In this document: positions 28,655-38,836 of the stretch, piece by piece
Position numbering within the stretch: the stretch's first letter is position 1
Layout: each line of letters begins with the position of its first letter
Assembly (NCBI GenBank): GCA_965206595.1
Contig: OZ242214.1
Location: forward strand, 2,112,001-2,176,000
DNA length: 64,000 bases
Origin: Candidatus Latescibacterota bacterium
GTDB lineage: Bacteria > Latescibacterota > UBA2968 > UBA8231
Direction: 5' to 3'
Position numbers and translations under genes: made by a program
The notes under the pieces: model-generated
Told to the model about the DNA's origin: nothing
The model's database searches: none
Seen by the model: the letters and a program-made list of their open reading frames with translations, nothing else

Positions 28655-30118
28655 GGCTATATCCGGGTTTTTCAAAGGACATTTTATAGCATGTACAGAG
28701 AGAGATATTGAGTGATTCACACGGTACGGAATCGGGCCGGAATCTGCGCAGGGATATCGAGGTCTCCGACGCACAGGTAAATGAGGTCGGCAAAGGCATC
28801 CAGAGATTTAAATCCACTGGCTCGATTCTTGACCATGCGGATGATTCGATTGAGCCCTTCGGCGGCGGCGTTGGTCAGGTGCGTGTCGACGAAGGCCGTG
28901 ATGCCGGCCGCATGCTTGCGCACCGTGTTGACGAACCTGCGCAGGGGCTCCAGGCGGCTGCGCAGGGCCGCCGTCGTCCACTTCTTGAGGAAGCGTTCGG
29001 CGGCCCAGCGCGCCTTGTAGCGCCAGAAGTGCTCGAACTCGTCCTTCAGGCGCCAGGCGCGGTAGATGCGGCGGTTGGCCTTCTCCAGGGTTTGGAGCGT
29101 GCGCCGGTCCTTTGGCGAGCGCCGGGCGGAGTGATGCAGCAGCACCCAGCGCAGGCCCTTGAGCAGCTTGCGGTCCTCGCCGCAGGCTTGCCGCCACTGT
29201 TCCTTGCGCACCTCGTCGACGGCTTCGTTGAGGGCCTTGACGACGTGGAATCGGTCCAGGACGAGCTGGGCGTTGGGGCCGTGCTGGCGGATGGCGCCGA
29301 TGAAGGTCTCGCTCATATCGCAGCAGGCCCAGCGGATACGGGCCTTCCGGAAGGCGCTGAGATGGTCCCGGAAGAACGTATCGATCGTTTCGCGGGCCTT
29401 GCCCTTGCCGACCCAGACGACACAGGAGCGCTCCAGGTCGTAGACCAGGGTGGCGTATTTATGGCCCTTGGCGTAGGAGATCTCGTCGATGCCGAGGGTC
29501 GTCAGCGCGCGGATGCGATGGCCTGTACGCCGGCGCTCGATGAGCCGGTGCACCTGGTCGGACAGGGTCGAAGGAGCCAGGCCCAGCAAGCGCGCGGCGG
29601 TGACCTGCGGCATCCACTGGCAGTAGGTCAGCAGCAGGTATTCGAAGCGGTAGCTGACCCGGGCCGAGGGCGCCGCCCAGGGCACCTCCTCGACGTGCCG
29701 GCCGTGGGTCGGACAGCGGATCTCTCGAGGGCGGTGGTACAACCAGACGGTACGGCCGCAGATGCGGACGTCGCGCCAGCGGCGGGGCTCCATGACCCGT
29801 ACGATCTTGCCCCGGCGCCCACACTGGGGACACCGGCACCCATTGTTGTGGGGCTGCACCGAGACCACGACGGCCGCTTCCTCCCCGTGTCCTTCGAAGC
29901 ACACGTCGACAGCGCCAAACCCCTTGAACTTGAACAGCTTGGAGACGAACTTCATAGCGGTCATAGGTCGCCTTCCCTTCCCTTTCCTGGGGAGTGCTTG
30001 ATGGGGATACACCAAGCATAGGGAACGACCTATGGCCTTGTCATGTACTCAGATGAACAGCAAGGGCTCAGGTACTTTCCGTACTTACGTTTCGGCGTTG
30101 AAAAACCCGGATAGACCC
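28655..30118 (-). mobile_element. ISL3-family element
   Basis: TIRs GGCTATATCCGGGTTTTTCAA / GGGTCTATCCGGGTTTTTCAA; near-perfect AAAAAGA target duplication. Confidence 0.93.
28717..30015 (-). CDS. ISL3 transposase
   Basis: CPQCG zinc finger, GIDEIS..KGHKY, CDMS, LDRFHVV, TNAAAEGLN. Confidence 0.93.
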   Translation of the reverse strand: MVYPHQALPRKGKGRRPMTAMKFVSKLFKFKGFGAVDVCFEGHGEEAAVVVSVQPHNNGCRCPQCGRRGKIVRVMEPRRWRDVRICGRTVWLYHRPREIRCPTHGRHVEEVPWAAPSARVSYRFEYLLLTYCQWMPQVTAARLLGLAPSTLSDQVHRLIERRRTGHRIRALTTLGIDEISYAKGHKYATLVYDLERSCVVWVGKGKARETIDTFFRDHLSAFRKARIRWACCDMSETFIGAIRQHGPNAQLVLDRFHVVKALNEAVDEVRKEQWRQACGEDRKLLKGLRWVLLHHSARRSPKDRRTLQTLEKANRRIYRAWRLKDEFEHFWRYKARWAAERFLKKWTTAALRSRLEPLRRFVNTVRKHAAGITAFVDTHLTNAAAEGLNRIIRMVKNRASGFKSLDAFADLIYLCVGDLDIPAQIPARFRTV

Positions 30119-30281
30119 AAAAAAGAATGTGATAATATTCCCTTTGTGTTCAGTGTATGCCAGAAAACTTGGCAAGTATTTGTCATCAGGGTACGACTCG
30201 ATGATTTCAAACGTATCCACAGAGTCCATAATCGACTTTCTACTGATCTCCTTGGTCCGAAGCCGCATATTCACATGATAA

Positions 30282-31661
30282 CTGGACTTTTGCAAAAGGC
30301 AGAATTCCTGGATAATCGGTCAAGGATTAGAGGGTAGCACGAATTCGATGGAACTTGGTATGTTTGGTAGGACGAAGGCATCCCCGGCCTCGGTTTCCCC
30401 TGGCCATGAGAGAGGTTGTTCATGCCAGGTATTGTTGATTTTCCCACGGTGGTTGAAGAAGCGGTGGCCGAGTTCGGCGGCCTCTTCGCCAACGCCCCGG
30501 AGCGCCGTCACTTTGGCGAGTATCTAACCGGGTTGATGGTGGCCGAACGCAAAAATGTATCGGCGATCAACGCCGAGTTCGTCGAGACCACCGATCAGTC
30601 CTGCCTGAACCGCTGGATTACGCAGGTGCGGTGGGACGGAAAATGGCTCAACGAACATCGCCTGGAATGGTTGCAGGAGCACCCCTCGACGCGCTATTCA
30701 GGGCGCGGGGTGATCGCCATCGACAACACCTTGGTCGGCCACAGCGGAGAAAAGATCGAGGATGTGGGGTGGTTTTGGGATCACTCGGACAAGCGCCATA
30801 TGATTGCGCACGACTACGTCATCGCCAACTACGTGTGCACCTCGGGGAAATACTATCCGTTGGAATTCCGTCGCTTTCGCAAGGGCCGGGAAGGGGAGAC
30901 GGACCCCTCCTTCAAGAGCCATACCGAGCTGTTCAAAGAGCTGGTGGACTGGGTCGTGTTCCGACAGATCCCGGGCGATTTCGCCTTCGACTGCTACTTC
31001 AGCAGTGTCGAGTGTCTCGATCACCTCCATAGTCATGAGCGCGGCTACGTAGGAGCCCTGAAGAGCAACCGCAAGGTCGAGTTCAAGGGCGGCCTGATGA
31101 AGGCCGCGGAAGTGGCTGCGAATATCCCGCCCGAGGATCGCAAACAGGTCAGCATCGGCAAGCGCAAACAATGGTATTTCACCAAAACCCTGAGTCTGCC
31201 CAAGCTCGAGCACCGGGTTCGCCTGGTGATCCTGTGGGATCGCAAGAACGGCAGGGAAGCGGTCAAGTTTCTACTGACCAATCGCGTGCACTGGGAGATC
31301 AGTCGTATTCTGAATGTTTATCGCAAACGCTGGACGGGCACCGAGACTTTTCATCGGGACGGCAAGCACCATCTGGGCATGGGAGACTGTCAGTTACGCA
31401 GCGGCGAGGGCCAGACCCGGCATAGGTACCTCGTGATGCTGACGCACAGTCTGCTCATGGCACGGATGCGGCAGGGCCGTGCGCGTGACTGGGCTCATAC
31501 CGTGCTGACGACCATTGGCGAAGCCTGTCGAGCCGTGTCGCGAGAGACGCTCAGCAAAACCATCTCCTGGGTAGTGGACCAAGCCTCAATAGGGTGGACA
31601 GAGCAGCGAATTGTCGCACATCTCAAACTTTAGTAAAAAAGCGGAGTTTGCAAAAGTCCAG
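30282..31661 (+). mobile_element. IS701-family element
   Basis: 15-bp perfect TIR CTGGACTTTTGCAAA; 6-bp TSD TGATAA at 30276-30281 and 31662-31667. Confidence 0.93.
30422..31633 (+). CDS. IS701 DDE transposase
   Basis: YLTGL..ERKN, IAIDNT, FDCYF, LKSNR, RWTGTETFHRDGKHHLG. Confidence 0.88.
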   Translation: MPGIVDFPTVVEEAVAEFGGLFANAPERRHFGEYLTGLMVAERKNVSAINAEFVETTDQSCLNRWITQVRWDGKWLNEHRLEWLQEHPSTRYSGRGVIAIDNTLVGHSGEKIEDVGWFWDHSDKRHMIAHDYVIANYVCTSGKYYPLEFRRFRKGREGETDPSFKSHTELFKELVDWVVFRQIPGDFAFDCYFSSVECLDHLHSHERGYVGALKSNRKVEFKGGLMKAAEVAANIPPEDRKQVSIGKRKQWYFTKTLSLPKLEHRVRLVILWDRKNGREAVKFLLTNRVHWEISRILNVYRKRWTGTETFHRDGKHHLGMGDCQLRSGEGQTRHRYLVMLTHSLLMARMRQGRARDWAHTVLTTIGEACRAVSRETLSKTISWVVDQASIGWTEQRIVAHLKL

Positions 31662-31935
31662 TGATAAGTCCAGATTTTTCTGCTTTCCCGAACACAGCAC
31701 TGGATAAACTCTAGTGGACGCGAGGAGTGTACGCGATTTTTCTCTACCACCCGATCAATCTTTCTGCCTGAATGGGATCAATAGTCAGGCCCGGCTTCTT
31801 CGCCACGATGACGGGCACCAGCAGATCCCTTGACAGGATAAGAAAGAAGCAACAAACCGGACGCATCCTGTCAAGAGGACGAACACGGTCGAATTCCGAC
31901 TTCCAGAAACAGTTCAGCGGGGTTGCCGGCAGCTT

Positions 31936-33201
31936 TCAATTCCCTGCAGCGGCGTCCACTCCCGTCTCCCCTTCCGAGCGCGCGATGATGGCGGCGCCGC
32001 AGGAATCGCTGAAGACGTTTACCATGGTGCGGAACATGTCGAGCGGCCGGTCGATCGCCAGCATGAAGCCGACGATGAGATCGACGTTCGGTCCGCGGAG
32101 CCCCACCGACTCCAGCACGATGAAGATGATCACCAGGCCGGCAGAGGGCACCGCGGCCGCCCCGATCGAGGCGAGAAGCGCGGTCAGGACCACGATGGCC
32201 TGCTGGCCGAAGGCGAGGTCCGCCCCCAGGGCCTGGGCGATGAACAGCACCCCGACGCACTCGAAGAGCGCCGTCCCGTCCATGTTGACGGTTGCCCCCA
32301 TCGGCAGCACGAAGGACGCCGTGCGGTTGGAGACGCCGACCTTGCTCTGAACCGTCCTCATCGTCACCGGCAGGGTGGCCCCCGACGAGCTCGTCGAGAA
32401 GGCCACGACCAGCGGGTCGATCATGTTGCGGAAGTGGATGCCCGGACGGATGCGCCCCAGCAGCAGGAGCAGCAGCGGCAGGGTGACCAGGATGTGGATG
32501 GACAGGCCGGTGGCTATGGTGGCCCAGTATTTGGCCAGAGGTCCGAAGGCGCCGAGGCCGAACTTGGCCACCGCGGCGGTCATCAGCCCGAAAACCCCGA
32601 GCGGCAGGAAGCGGATGATGCCGCTCGTCAGCGCCATCATCACCTCGAAGGCCGCCGCGAAGAAGCCGGCCAGCAGCTCCTGGTGCGGGGACCGCAGGCT
32701 GGCGATGGCGATTCCCAGCAGGATGGAGAAGAAGATCACCGCCAGCATGTCCCCCTGGGCGGCGGCGGCGAGGAAGTTCTGCGGGACGATGTCGAGCAGC
32801 AGTTCGACCGGCGAGCCCGGGGTCTCCAGCTCCGGAAGCGCCTCCCCCTCGGCGGACCCGAGGTCGGCCCCGGCTCCCGGGAGGATGAGATTGACGAGGG
32901 CAAGACCGGCGAAGATCGCCAGGGCGCTCGACAGCAGGTAGTACCCCAGGGTCTTGCCGAACAGCCGCCCGAGGGCGCGGCCCCCTCCCACCGAGGCGAT
33001 ACCGCTGACGATGGAGACGACCACCAGGGGGATGATGACCATGCGCAGCAGCCGCATGAACAGGGTGCCGAGCCAGCCCACCCAGGCCGCGGCGGTTTCG
33101 CCGCCCAGGAGGCCGGCGGCAGCCCCCACGACCATCGCGACGAGCACCTGCCAGTGAAGTTGCCGGTACCACGAGAGGGTGGTGTTCCTGTTTTCGGTCA
33201 T
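31936..33201 (-). CDS. Dicarboxylate/amino acid:cation symporter (DAACS, GltP-like)
   Basis: FMRLLRM, AFSTSSSGATLP, GATVNMDGTA, IDRPLDMFRTMVNVFSD. Confidence 0.93.
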   Translation of the reverse strand: MTENRNTTLSWYRQLHWQVLVAMVVGAAAGLLGGETAAAWVGWLGTLFMRLLRMVIIPLVVVSIVSGIASVGGGRALGRLFGKTLGYYLLSSALAIFAGLALVNLILPGAGADLGSAEGEALPELETPGSPVELLLDIVPQNFLAAAAQGDMLAVIFFSILLGIAIASLRSPHQELLAGFFAAAFEVMMALTSGIIRFLPLGVFGLMTAAVAKFGLGAFGPLAKYWATIATGLSIHILVTLPLLLLLLGRIRPGIHFRNMIDPLVVAFSTSSSGATLPVTMRTVQSKVGVSNRTASFVLPMGATVNMDGTALFECVGVLFIAQALGADLAFGQQAIVVLTALLASIGAAAVPSAGLVIIFIVLESVGLRGPNVDLIVGFMLAIDRPLDMFRTMVNVFSDSCGAAIIARSEGETGVDAAAGN

Positions 33202-33338
33202 ATCGTTTGTCCCCGGGGTATCAGTGCGGTTTTCGGCGCCGGTCCATATTCCGGTCCATATTATAGTTGAGCATTGACCCTCCATTCAGCAGAAAGAGCC
33301 GGCCTTCCCTGCCGGCGCTCCGGAGGTGCCGAATCCTC

Positions 33339-33480
33339 ATGAACGAAGCCTCGGCGCGCATCAAGATCAACAAGCTGCTCGAAGCAGCCGGATGGCGTTT
33401 CTTCGCCGAGGGAGACAACCCCGCCAACATCCGCCTCGAACCGAGTCACGATCGCACCATCCGACCTCGACGCGCTGGGC
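33339..33480 (+). pseudogene. Type I restriction HsdR N-terminal remnant
   Basis: MNEASARIKINKLLEAAGWRFF..NIRLEP, then frameshifted TIAPSDLDALG. Confidence 0.65.
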
Positions 33481-33556
33481 CGCGGCACGCTGACGCCGGA
33501 CGACAAGGGCGGCTGATGGTTACTCGCACCCCGCAGCAGGCCCGGCGGGGATACCG

Positions 33557-35866
33557 ATGCCGGTAGACGCCGAGACCCTGTTTTGCGCCGTGGTGCCGCC
33601 GCGGGTTCGGCGCGAACTGGCCGGGGCGGTGGCCCTCGACGATGAGATCCGCCTGGCGGTGGCCACTGATATCAAGCTCGACGGCCAGTACGGCGAGGCC
33701 TGGCTGTTGGCCACCGGCGACCAGCTGGTGGCCTTCAGCCCCGACGGCCGCGGATCTCCCACCATCGTCCGTCTTCCCCTGGGGGAAATAAACGGGGTGG
33801 AGGTGCGCGAGGATTGGGGCACCGCGGCCCTCAAGGTCCGCACCGGGAAGAAGGGCGCCACCATGGCCGTGTTCTCCAAGAGCCTGGTGCCGGCCTTGTC
33901 CGAACTGCCCGGTCGTCTGGAGAAGCTGGTCGAGGAAGCACGCCCTGCGGCGGCGGCGGGGCAGTTGCTCAAGGGCCGCCTGGCCGGGGCGCGCGGCGGG
34001 CGCAAGCGCTGCGACCGCTGCGGTCAGGTCATTCCGCGCCACTACGGCATCTGCCCGGCCTGCCTGGAAAAGGGCAAGCTGCTGTTCCGGCTGCTGGGCT
34101 ACGCCAGGCCGCACTGGAAGGCGATCGCCGCGAGCCTGTTGCTCATGGTGGCCGCCACCACCATCGGTTTGAGCCAGCCGCTGCTCCAGGGCATCCTCAT
34201 CGACGGAGTCCTCGACGGCGGCAGCGGGGCTTCGGACCTCGATATTCCCGGGTTCTCGCCCCTGTCCGGGGAAAATCCGCGGTCCGCCCTGGGCTGGCTG
34301 GTGGTCCTGCTCCTGCTCGTTTTTGTCTCCCGCAGCGGACTGTCGGCCCTGCGCAGCTACATCATGGCCCGCATCGGCCAACAGGTCACCTATGGCCTGC
34401 GCAACGAGGTCTATACCCATCTCCATGCCCTTTCGCTCAGTTATTACAACAAAAACGAGACCGGGCGCATCATGGCCAGCGTCACCCAGGACGTGGGCCG
34501 CCTGCAGGACTTTATCAGCGACGGCTTGCAGGAAGCCATCCGCGACGTTCTCACCCTGGCCATCATTTGTATCATCCTGTTTGCGCTCAATCCCGGCCTG
34601 GCCGCCCTGGTGTTGCTTCCCACCCCCTTGTTGGTGCTGGCGACGCTGCGTTTCGGACGGCGACTGCACGCCATGTACCGGCCCTTGTGGCGCCGTTGGG
34701 CGGGTGTAAGCGCCCTGCTCGCCGACACCATCCCGGGGGTGCGGGTGGTAAAGGCTTTTGCCCAGGAACAGCGGGAAGTGGGCAAATTCGAGACCCACAG
34801 CCTCGCCCTGCTCCGGGGCGAGCTCAAGGTGGCCTGGATGCGCAGTCTGTTCAGCCCGGTCATGACGTTCATCACCTCCATAGGCACGCTCGTTATCTGG
34901 TGGGTCGGAGGCCACAAGGTGTTGGACGGGGAGTTGCCTTTGTGGGCCTTTGTCGCCTTTACCGGGTACATGTGGCAATTCTACGGTCCGGTGGAAAGCC
35001 TGTGCCGTCTCAACCATCGCTTCCAGCGCGCCGCCACCTCGGCCGAGCGCGTCTTTGAAGTGCTCGATACCCATCCGGAGGTGATCGACCAGCCCGGGGC
35101 CATGACCATGCCGCCCATTGAAGGCCGGGTCGAATTCCGGGGGGTGCATTTCGGCTATGAAGAAGACAAGCCGGTCATTGAAGATTTGAATTTCGTGGTC
35201 GAACCGGGCGAAATGATCGGCCTGGCCGGCCACAGCGGCGCCGGCAAGAGCACCTTGATAAACCTCATCGGCCGCTTCTACGAGCCGCAGGAGGGGGCCG
35301 TTCTCATCGACGGCCGCGACACCCGCGCCGTGGCGCTCAAGTCGCTGCGCGAGCAGATCGGCGTGGTTCTGCAGGATCCCTTCCTGTTCAACGGCACGGT
35401 GGCCGACAACATTGCCTACGGCCATCCCGAAGCCTCCCTCGAACAGATCGTGGCCGCGGCCAAGGCCGCCAATGCGCACGACTTCACCATGAACATGGCC
35501 GACGGGTACGATACCCTGGTGGGCGAGCGCGGCACCCGCGTATCCGGGGGCGAGCGCCAGCGACTGTCCATTGCCCGGGCCATTTTGCGCGACCCGCGCA
35601 TTCTCATCCTCGACGAAGCCACCTCCAACGTCGATACCCAGACCGAAGCGCAGATCCAGGAGGCGTTGGAGCGGCTCGTCAAGGGGCGCACCACCTTTGC
35701 CATCGCCCATCGCCTGTCGACCCTCAAGAACGCCCACCGCCTGCTCATTCTCGAGCACGGCAGGCTGGCCGAGCTGGGAACCCACGACGAGCTGATTGCA
35801 CGGGACGGCATCTACGCCAATCTGTGCCGCATGCAGACTGAAATGTCCAGACTGAGGGCCTGGTAA
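33557..35866 (+). CDS. ABC exporter (TMD+NBD) with N-terminal extension and Zn ribbon
   Basis: GHSGAGKS, SGGERQRLSIAR, ILDEATS; CDRCG..CPAC before the TMD. Confidence 0.92.
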   Translation: MPVDAETLFCAVVPPRVRRELAGAVALDDEIRLAVATDIKLDGQYGEAWLLATGDQLVAFSPDGRGSPTIVRLPLGEINGVEVREDWGTAALKVRTGKKGATMAVFSKSLVPALSELPGRLEKLVEEARPAAAAGQLLKGRLAGARGGRKRCDRCGQVIPRHYGICPACLEKGKLLFRLLGYARPHWKAIAASLLLMVAATTIGLSQPLLQGILIDGVLDGGSGASDLDIPGFSPLSGENPRSALGWLVVLLLLVFVSRSGLSALRSYIMARIGQQVTYGLRNEVYTHLHALSLSYYNKNETGRIMASVTQDVGRLQDFISDGLQEAIRDVLTLAIICIILFALNPGLAALVLLPTPLLVLATLRFGRRLHAMYRPLWRRWAGVSALLADTIPGVRVVKAFAQEQREVGKFETHSLALLRGELKVAWMRSLFSPVMTFITSIGTLVIWWVGGHKVLDGELPLWAFVAFTGYMWQFYGPVESLCRLNHRFQRAATSAERVFEVLDTHPEVIDQPGAMTMPPIEGRVEFRGVHFGYEEDKPVIEDLNFVVEPGEMIGLAGHSGAGKSTLINLIGRFYEPQEGAVLIDGRDTRAVALKSLREQIGVVLQDPFLFNGTVADNIAYGHPEASLEQIVAAAKAANAHDFTMNMADGYDTLVGERGTRVSGGERQRLSIARAILRDPRILILDEATSNVDTQTEAQIQEALERLVKGRTTFAIAHRLSTLKNAHRLLILEHGRLAELGTHDELIARDGIYANLCRMQTEMSRLRAW

Positions 35867-35869
35867 CCC

Positions 35870-36382
35870 ATGCAACAGCGCTATGGTTTAACCGATGAAG
35901 TGACCTATCTCGACCCGGACAAGGCGCGGTTTTTCATCGACGCCTTCGAAGACCTGAACCTGGAGCTGGCCGGGGATGGGACCTATGCCGGGGTCCGCGT
36001 CAAGCGGGCTTTTCCGCTGACCCGCGATGACTGCTTTATCGTCGTCCAGGACCGCGAGGGCGGGGAAATCGGCTCTCTGGCCCGGCTCGACGAGCTGGAC
36101 CGGGCCAGCCGTCAAGTGGTGGAAGGAGAGTTGGAGCGCGCCTATTTCACTCCGCGCATCCAGCGCATCACCAAGGTGACAGTGGCCTACCGGGTGCCGC
36201 GCTGGGAGGTGGAGACCGACCGCGGGCCCCGCGCCTTTGAAATCTATTCCAGCCGGCGCGATATCCGCCATCTGGGCGGCGGGCGGGTACTGGTGCAGGA
36301 CGCCGACGGCAACCGTTACGAGATTCCCGACTACCGGCGCCTGGAGCCGGCCAGTCGGGCCCTGGTCGAGGAAATGGTGTGA
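35870..36382 (+). CDS. DUF1854-domain protein
   Basis: RAFPLT, YFTPRI, WEVETDRG, DADGNRYEIPD. Confidence 0.82.
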   Translation: MQQRYGLTDEVTYLDPDKARFFIDAFEDLNLELAGDGTYAGVRVKRAFPLTRDDCFIVVQDREGGEIGSLARLDELDRASRQVVEGELERAYFTPRIQRITKVTVAYRVPRWEVETDRGPRAFEIYSSRRDIRHLGGGRVLVQDADGNRYEIPDYRRLEPASRALVEEMV

Positions 36383-36478
36383 CAGGTGAATTGCTACGAA
36401 ATTTGACGCCTCCAAGGGCCGGAATTCCATTCCACTGGATCGCCGCCCCGCCCTCTCGGGCCCGAGCGAACTGAGATT

Positions 36479-37984
36479 ATGAGCGAGCAAACCACCTTCT
36501 TCGCCGACTCCGGCCTCCCGGCCGCCCTCGGCGACAACCTTCTGCGCTTCAATCCCTGGTGGGAAGAAGAGGCCATGCCGCCGCAGCCGGCGACCCGCCG
36601 GCACCTCGTGGGGCAGATGCGCCGGCGCCTCGATGCCGGGATCGCTCCAGTCGTCGTCGTCCGGGGACCGCGCCAGATCGGCAAGACCACGGCGCAGTTC
36701 CAGATGATCCAGGACCTGCTCGACGAGGGGGTGAACCCGAGGCGGATCCTTCGCGTCCAGTTCGACGACCTCGATACCTTGGGCAGATTGCCGGAACCGA
36801 TCCTGCGCATTTCGGACTGGTTCGAACGCCGCGTTGCGCCCAAGCGGTTCAACAGCCTGGCCCGCGACGGCGAGCCCGCCTACCTGTTCTTCGACGAGAT
36901 CCAGAACCTGAAACGCTGGGACGTGCAGTTGAAGTCGCTGGTCGACAACGCTTCGGTCAGGGTGGTGGTCACCGGAAGCTCGGCTCTGCGCATCGAGCTG
37001 GGGCGCGACTCTCTCGCCGGTCGCATCAATACGATCGAGGCTGGGGTTCTGTCTCTCACCGAGATCGGTGCCCTGCGCGGCCTGGGACCGCCGGCCCCCT
37101 TCCTCCAGGACAACGGCCTGGCGGACCTTCTGCAGAAGGGGTTCTGGGCCGGCCTGCGGGAATACGGGATCGACCATGGAGCATTCCGCGAGGAGGCTTT
37201 CCTTCATTTCTCCGAACGCGGCGGCTATCCCCTGGTCCATCGCGAGAAGGACATGGAATTCGCCCAGCTCTCGGATCAACTGAACGAGACGGTGATCAAG
37301 AGGGTCGTTCAGCACGATCTGCGCACCGGGGAGCGGGGCCGCAAGCGGGACGGGAATCTGCTGGAGGAACTGTTCCGGCTGGTCTGCCGCTACGCCGGTC
37401 AAACACCGAGGACGGCCACCCTGGCCGAAGAAGCCCGGCTGTCGCTGGGTGCGAACATCGGCTCCCATCGCGTCACCCAGTACCTGAAGTTCCTCGGGGA
37501 CACGCTCCTGCTGCGCCTCGTGCCCCCTTTGGAGATTCGGCTGAAGCGCAGACGGGGCAGTCCCAAGCTCTGCCTGGTCGACCACGGACTCAGGGCGAGC
37601 TGGCTTCAGGAGCGGATCCCCCTGGTGCCGGGGCTGCTTGCGCAGCGCCCCGAGCTCACCACCATGGCCGGCCACCTGGCGGAGTCTGTTTTCGGCTCGG
37701 TGGCAGCGACAATCCACGGCCTCGACATCGCCCATTTTCCCCCGCGAGGCACCGACCAGGAGGTCGACTTCGTTCTGACTGTCGGCAGCACCCGTATCCC
37801 GGTGGAGGTCAAGTACCAGAGACGAATCGATTCCTTCCGGGACACCCTGGGCCTGCGCTCCTTCCTGGAAAAATCCGTGAACAACGCCCCGTTCGGGATT
37901 CTCGTTACCCAGGACAACTCCGGGACGGTCGACGATCCGCGCATCGTCAGCCTGCCGTTGTCGACCTTCATGATGCTCCGCTGA
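36479..37984 (+). CDS. AAA_14 ATPase with C-terminal DUF4143 (PD-(D/E)XK-like)
   Basis: FNPWW, GPRQIGKT, FFDEIQ, TGSS, LAGR, GGYP, EVDFV..PVEVK. Confidence 0.88.
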   Translation: MSEQTTFFADSGLPAALGDNLLRFNPWWEEEAMPPQPATRRHLVGQMRRRLDAGIAPVVVVRGPRQIGKTTAQFQMIQDLLDEGVNPRRILRVQFDDLDTLGRLPEPILRISDWFERRVAPKRFNSLARDGEPAYLFFDEIQNLKRWDVQLKSLVDNASVRVVVTGSSALRIELGRDSLAGRINTIEAGVLSLTEIGALRGLGPPAPFLQDNGLADLLQKGFWAGLREYGIDHGAFREEAFLHFSERGGYPLVHREKDMEFAQLSDQLNETVIKRVVQHDLRTGERGRKRDGNLLEELFRLVCRYAGQTPRTATLAEEARLSLGANIGSHRVTQYLKFLGDTLLLRLVPPLEIRLKRRRGSPKLCLVDHGLRASWLQERIPLVPGLLAQRPELTTMAGHLAESVFGSVAATIHGLDIAHFPPRGTDQEVDFVLTVGSTRIPVEVKYQRRIDSFRDTLGLRSFLEKSVNNAPFGILVTQDNSGTVDDPRIVSLPLSTFMMLR

Positions 37985-38097
37985 ACCGCGGCCCCTGTCG
38001 GACGGCGGCTGCCCGGAGGCCTTGGCCGCCCGCCCCACTCCCGGCAGCGCCGCCCGGCCAAGGGTTCGCCGGGACATCACGGCACCCAAAGGAGAGT

Positions 38098-38754
38098 ATG
38101 GGCATGCCCTTTACCGTCTATTTCGCCGGCGACCTGTTCGACCACAAGCACCTCATCGGCAACGCCCTCCTCGCCGATGCGATCGCGCGCCATTCCGACG
38201 GCCGCTACACCTGCGTCATCCCGCAGGATCTAGAGCAGTCCACGGGGCGGGCAGCGGACATCCGCAACCAGGACCTGAAGCAGGTGATGGCCTGCGACCT
38301 CGGGCTGTTCAACTTCGACGGCACCGATCTCGATTCCGGCACCGTGGTCGAGTTCATGATGGCGAAGTTCCTCGACATCCCCGCAGTGGTTCTGCGCTCG
38401 GACTTCCGCTCCTCCGGGGACCAGGACAAGGACGGCGACGACTGGAACCTGATGTGCTCCTTCTACCCGCGCGTGCGCCAGGTCCGGTTCAACGCCATGG
38501 CCTGGTACCAGGAGGCGCGCGCCGGCGCCGCGGACACCGATGACTGCTCGGGCAGGCTGTACGCGCGGGTCGCCGCCGCGGTCATCGAGCAGTTGGACGC
38601 GGTCCGCGCCGAGCCCCCGGTGCTCGATAGCGGCCGGGTGAAGGAGCTCTACCGCTGGGCGACCCGCTTTCCGGGAGAGGGCTTCGAAGCTGCCTGCGGC
38701 CCCGGTTTCGTCGAAAAGACGATCGAGGCCAAGCGCCGCAAGGGGCTGCTCTGA
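38098..38754 (+). CDS. Nucleoside 2-deoxyribosyltransferase-like protein
   Basis: VYFAGDLF, IPQ, DGTDLDSGTVVE, RSDFR, WNLM. Confidence 0.8.
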   Translation: MGMPFTVYFAGDLFDHKHLIGNALLADAIARHSDGRYTCVIPQDLEQSTGRAADIRNQDLKQVMACDLGLFNFDGTDLDSGTVVEFMMAKFLDIPAVVLRSDFRSSGDQDKDGDDWNLMCSFYPRVRQVRFNAMAWYQEARAGAADTDDCSGRLYARVAAAVIEQLDAVRAEPPVLDSGRVKELYRWATRFPGEGFEAACGPGFVEKTIEAKRRKGLL

Positions 38755-38836
38755 AGGCAGCCTTTCCCCGTCCGGTGGTGCAGTTGAAACCGCCGGATCC
38801 CCCAGTCGGGTTGGAGTTCCACCCGGGCGGGACCGC

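Larger units (their letters stand above)
28546..31750 (-). pseudogene. DUF4258-like toxin interrupted by IS701 and ISL3
   Basis: Three pieces: PLEFIQCCVRESRKIWTY / HVNMRL...IIESYPDDKYLPSFL / LFATDVEDENVRIVTTYRPSNLEWSADLKTRRKSS*. Confidence 0.8.

Noticed and set aside
37808-37819. 9-nt match to the 17-nt short spacer
   Set aside because: Too short, intragenic, GTC rather than TTC PAM
33446-38089. Long antisense ORFs (for example 33446-35875, 35888-38089, also 25290-27329 and 44705-46936)
   Set aside because: Shadow frames of real high-GC genes on the opposite strand
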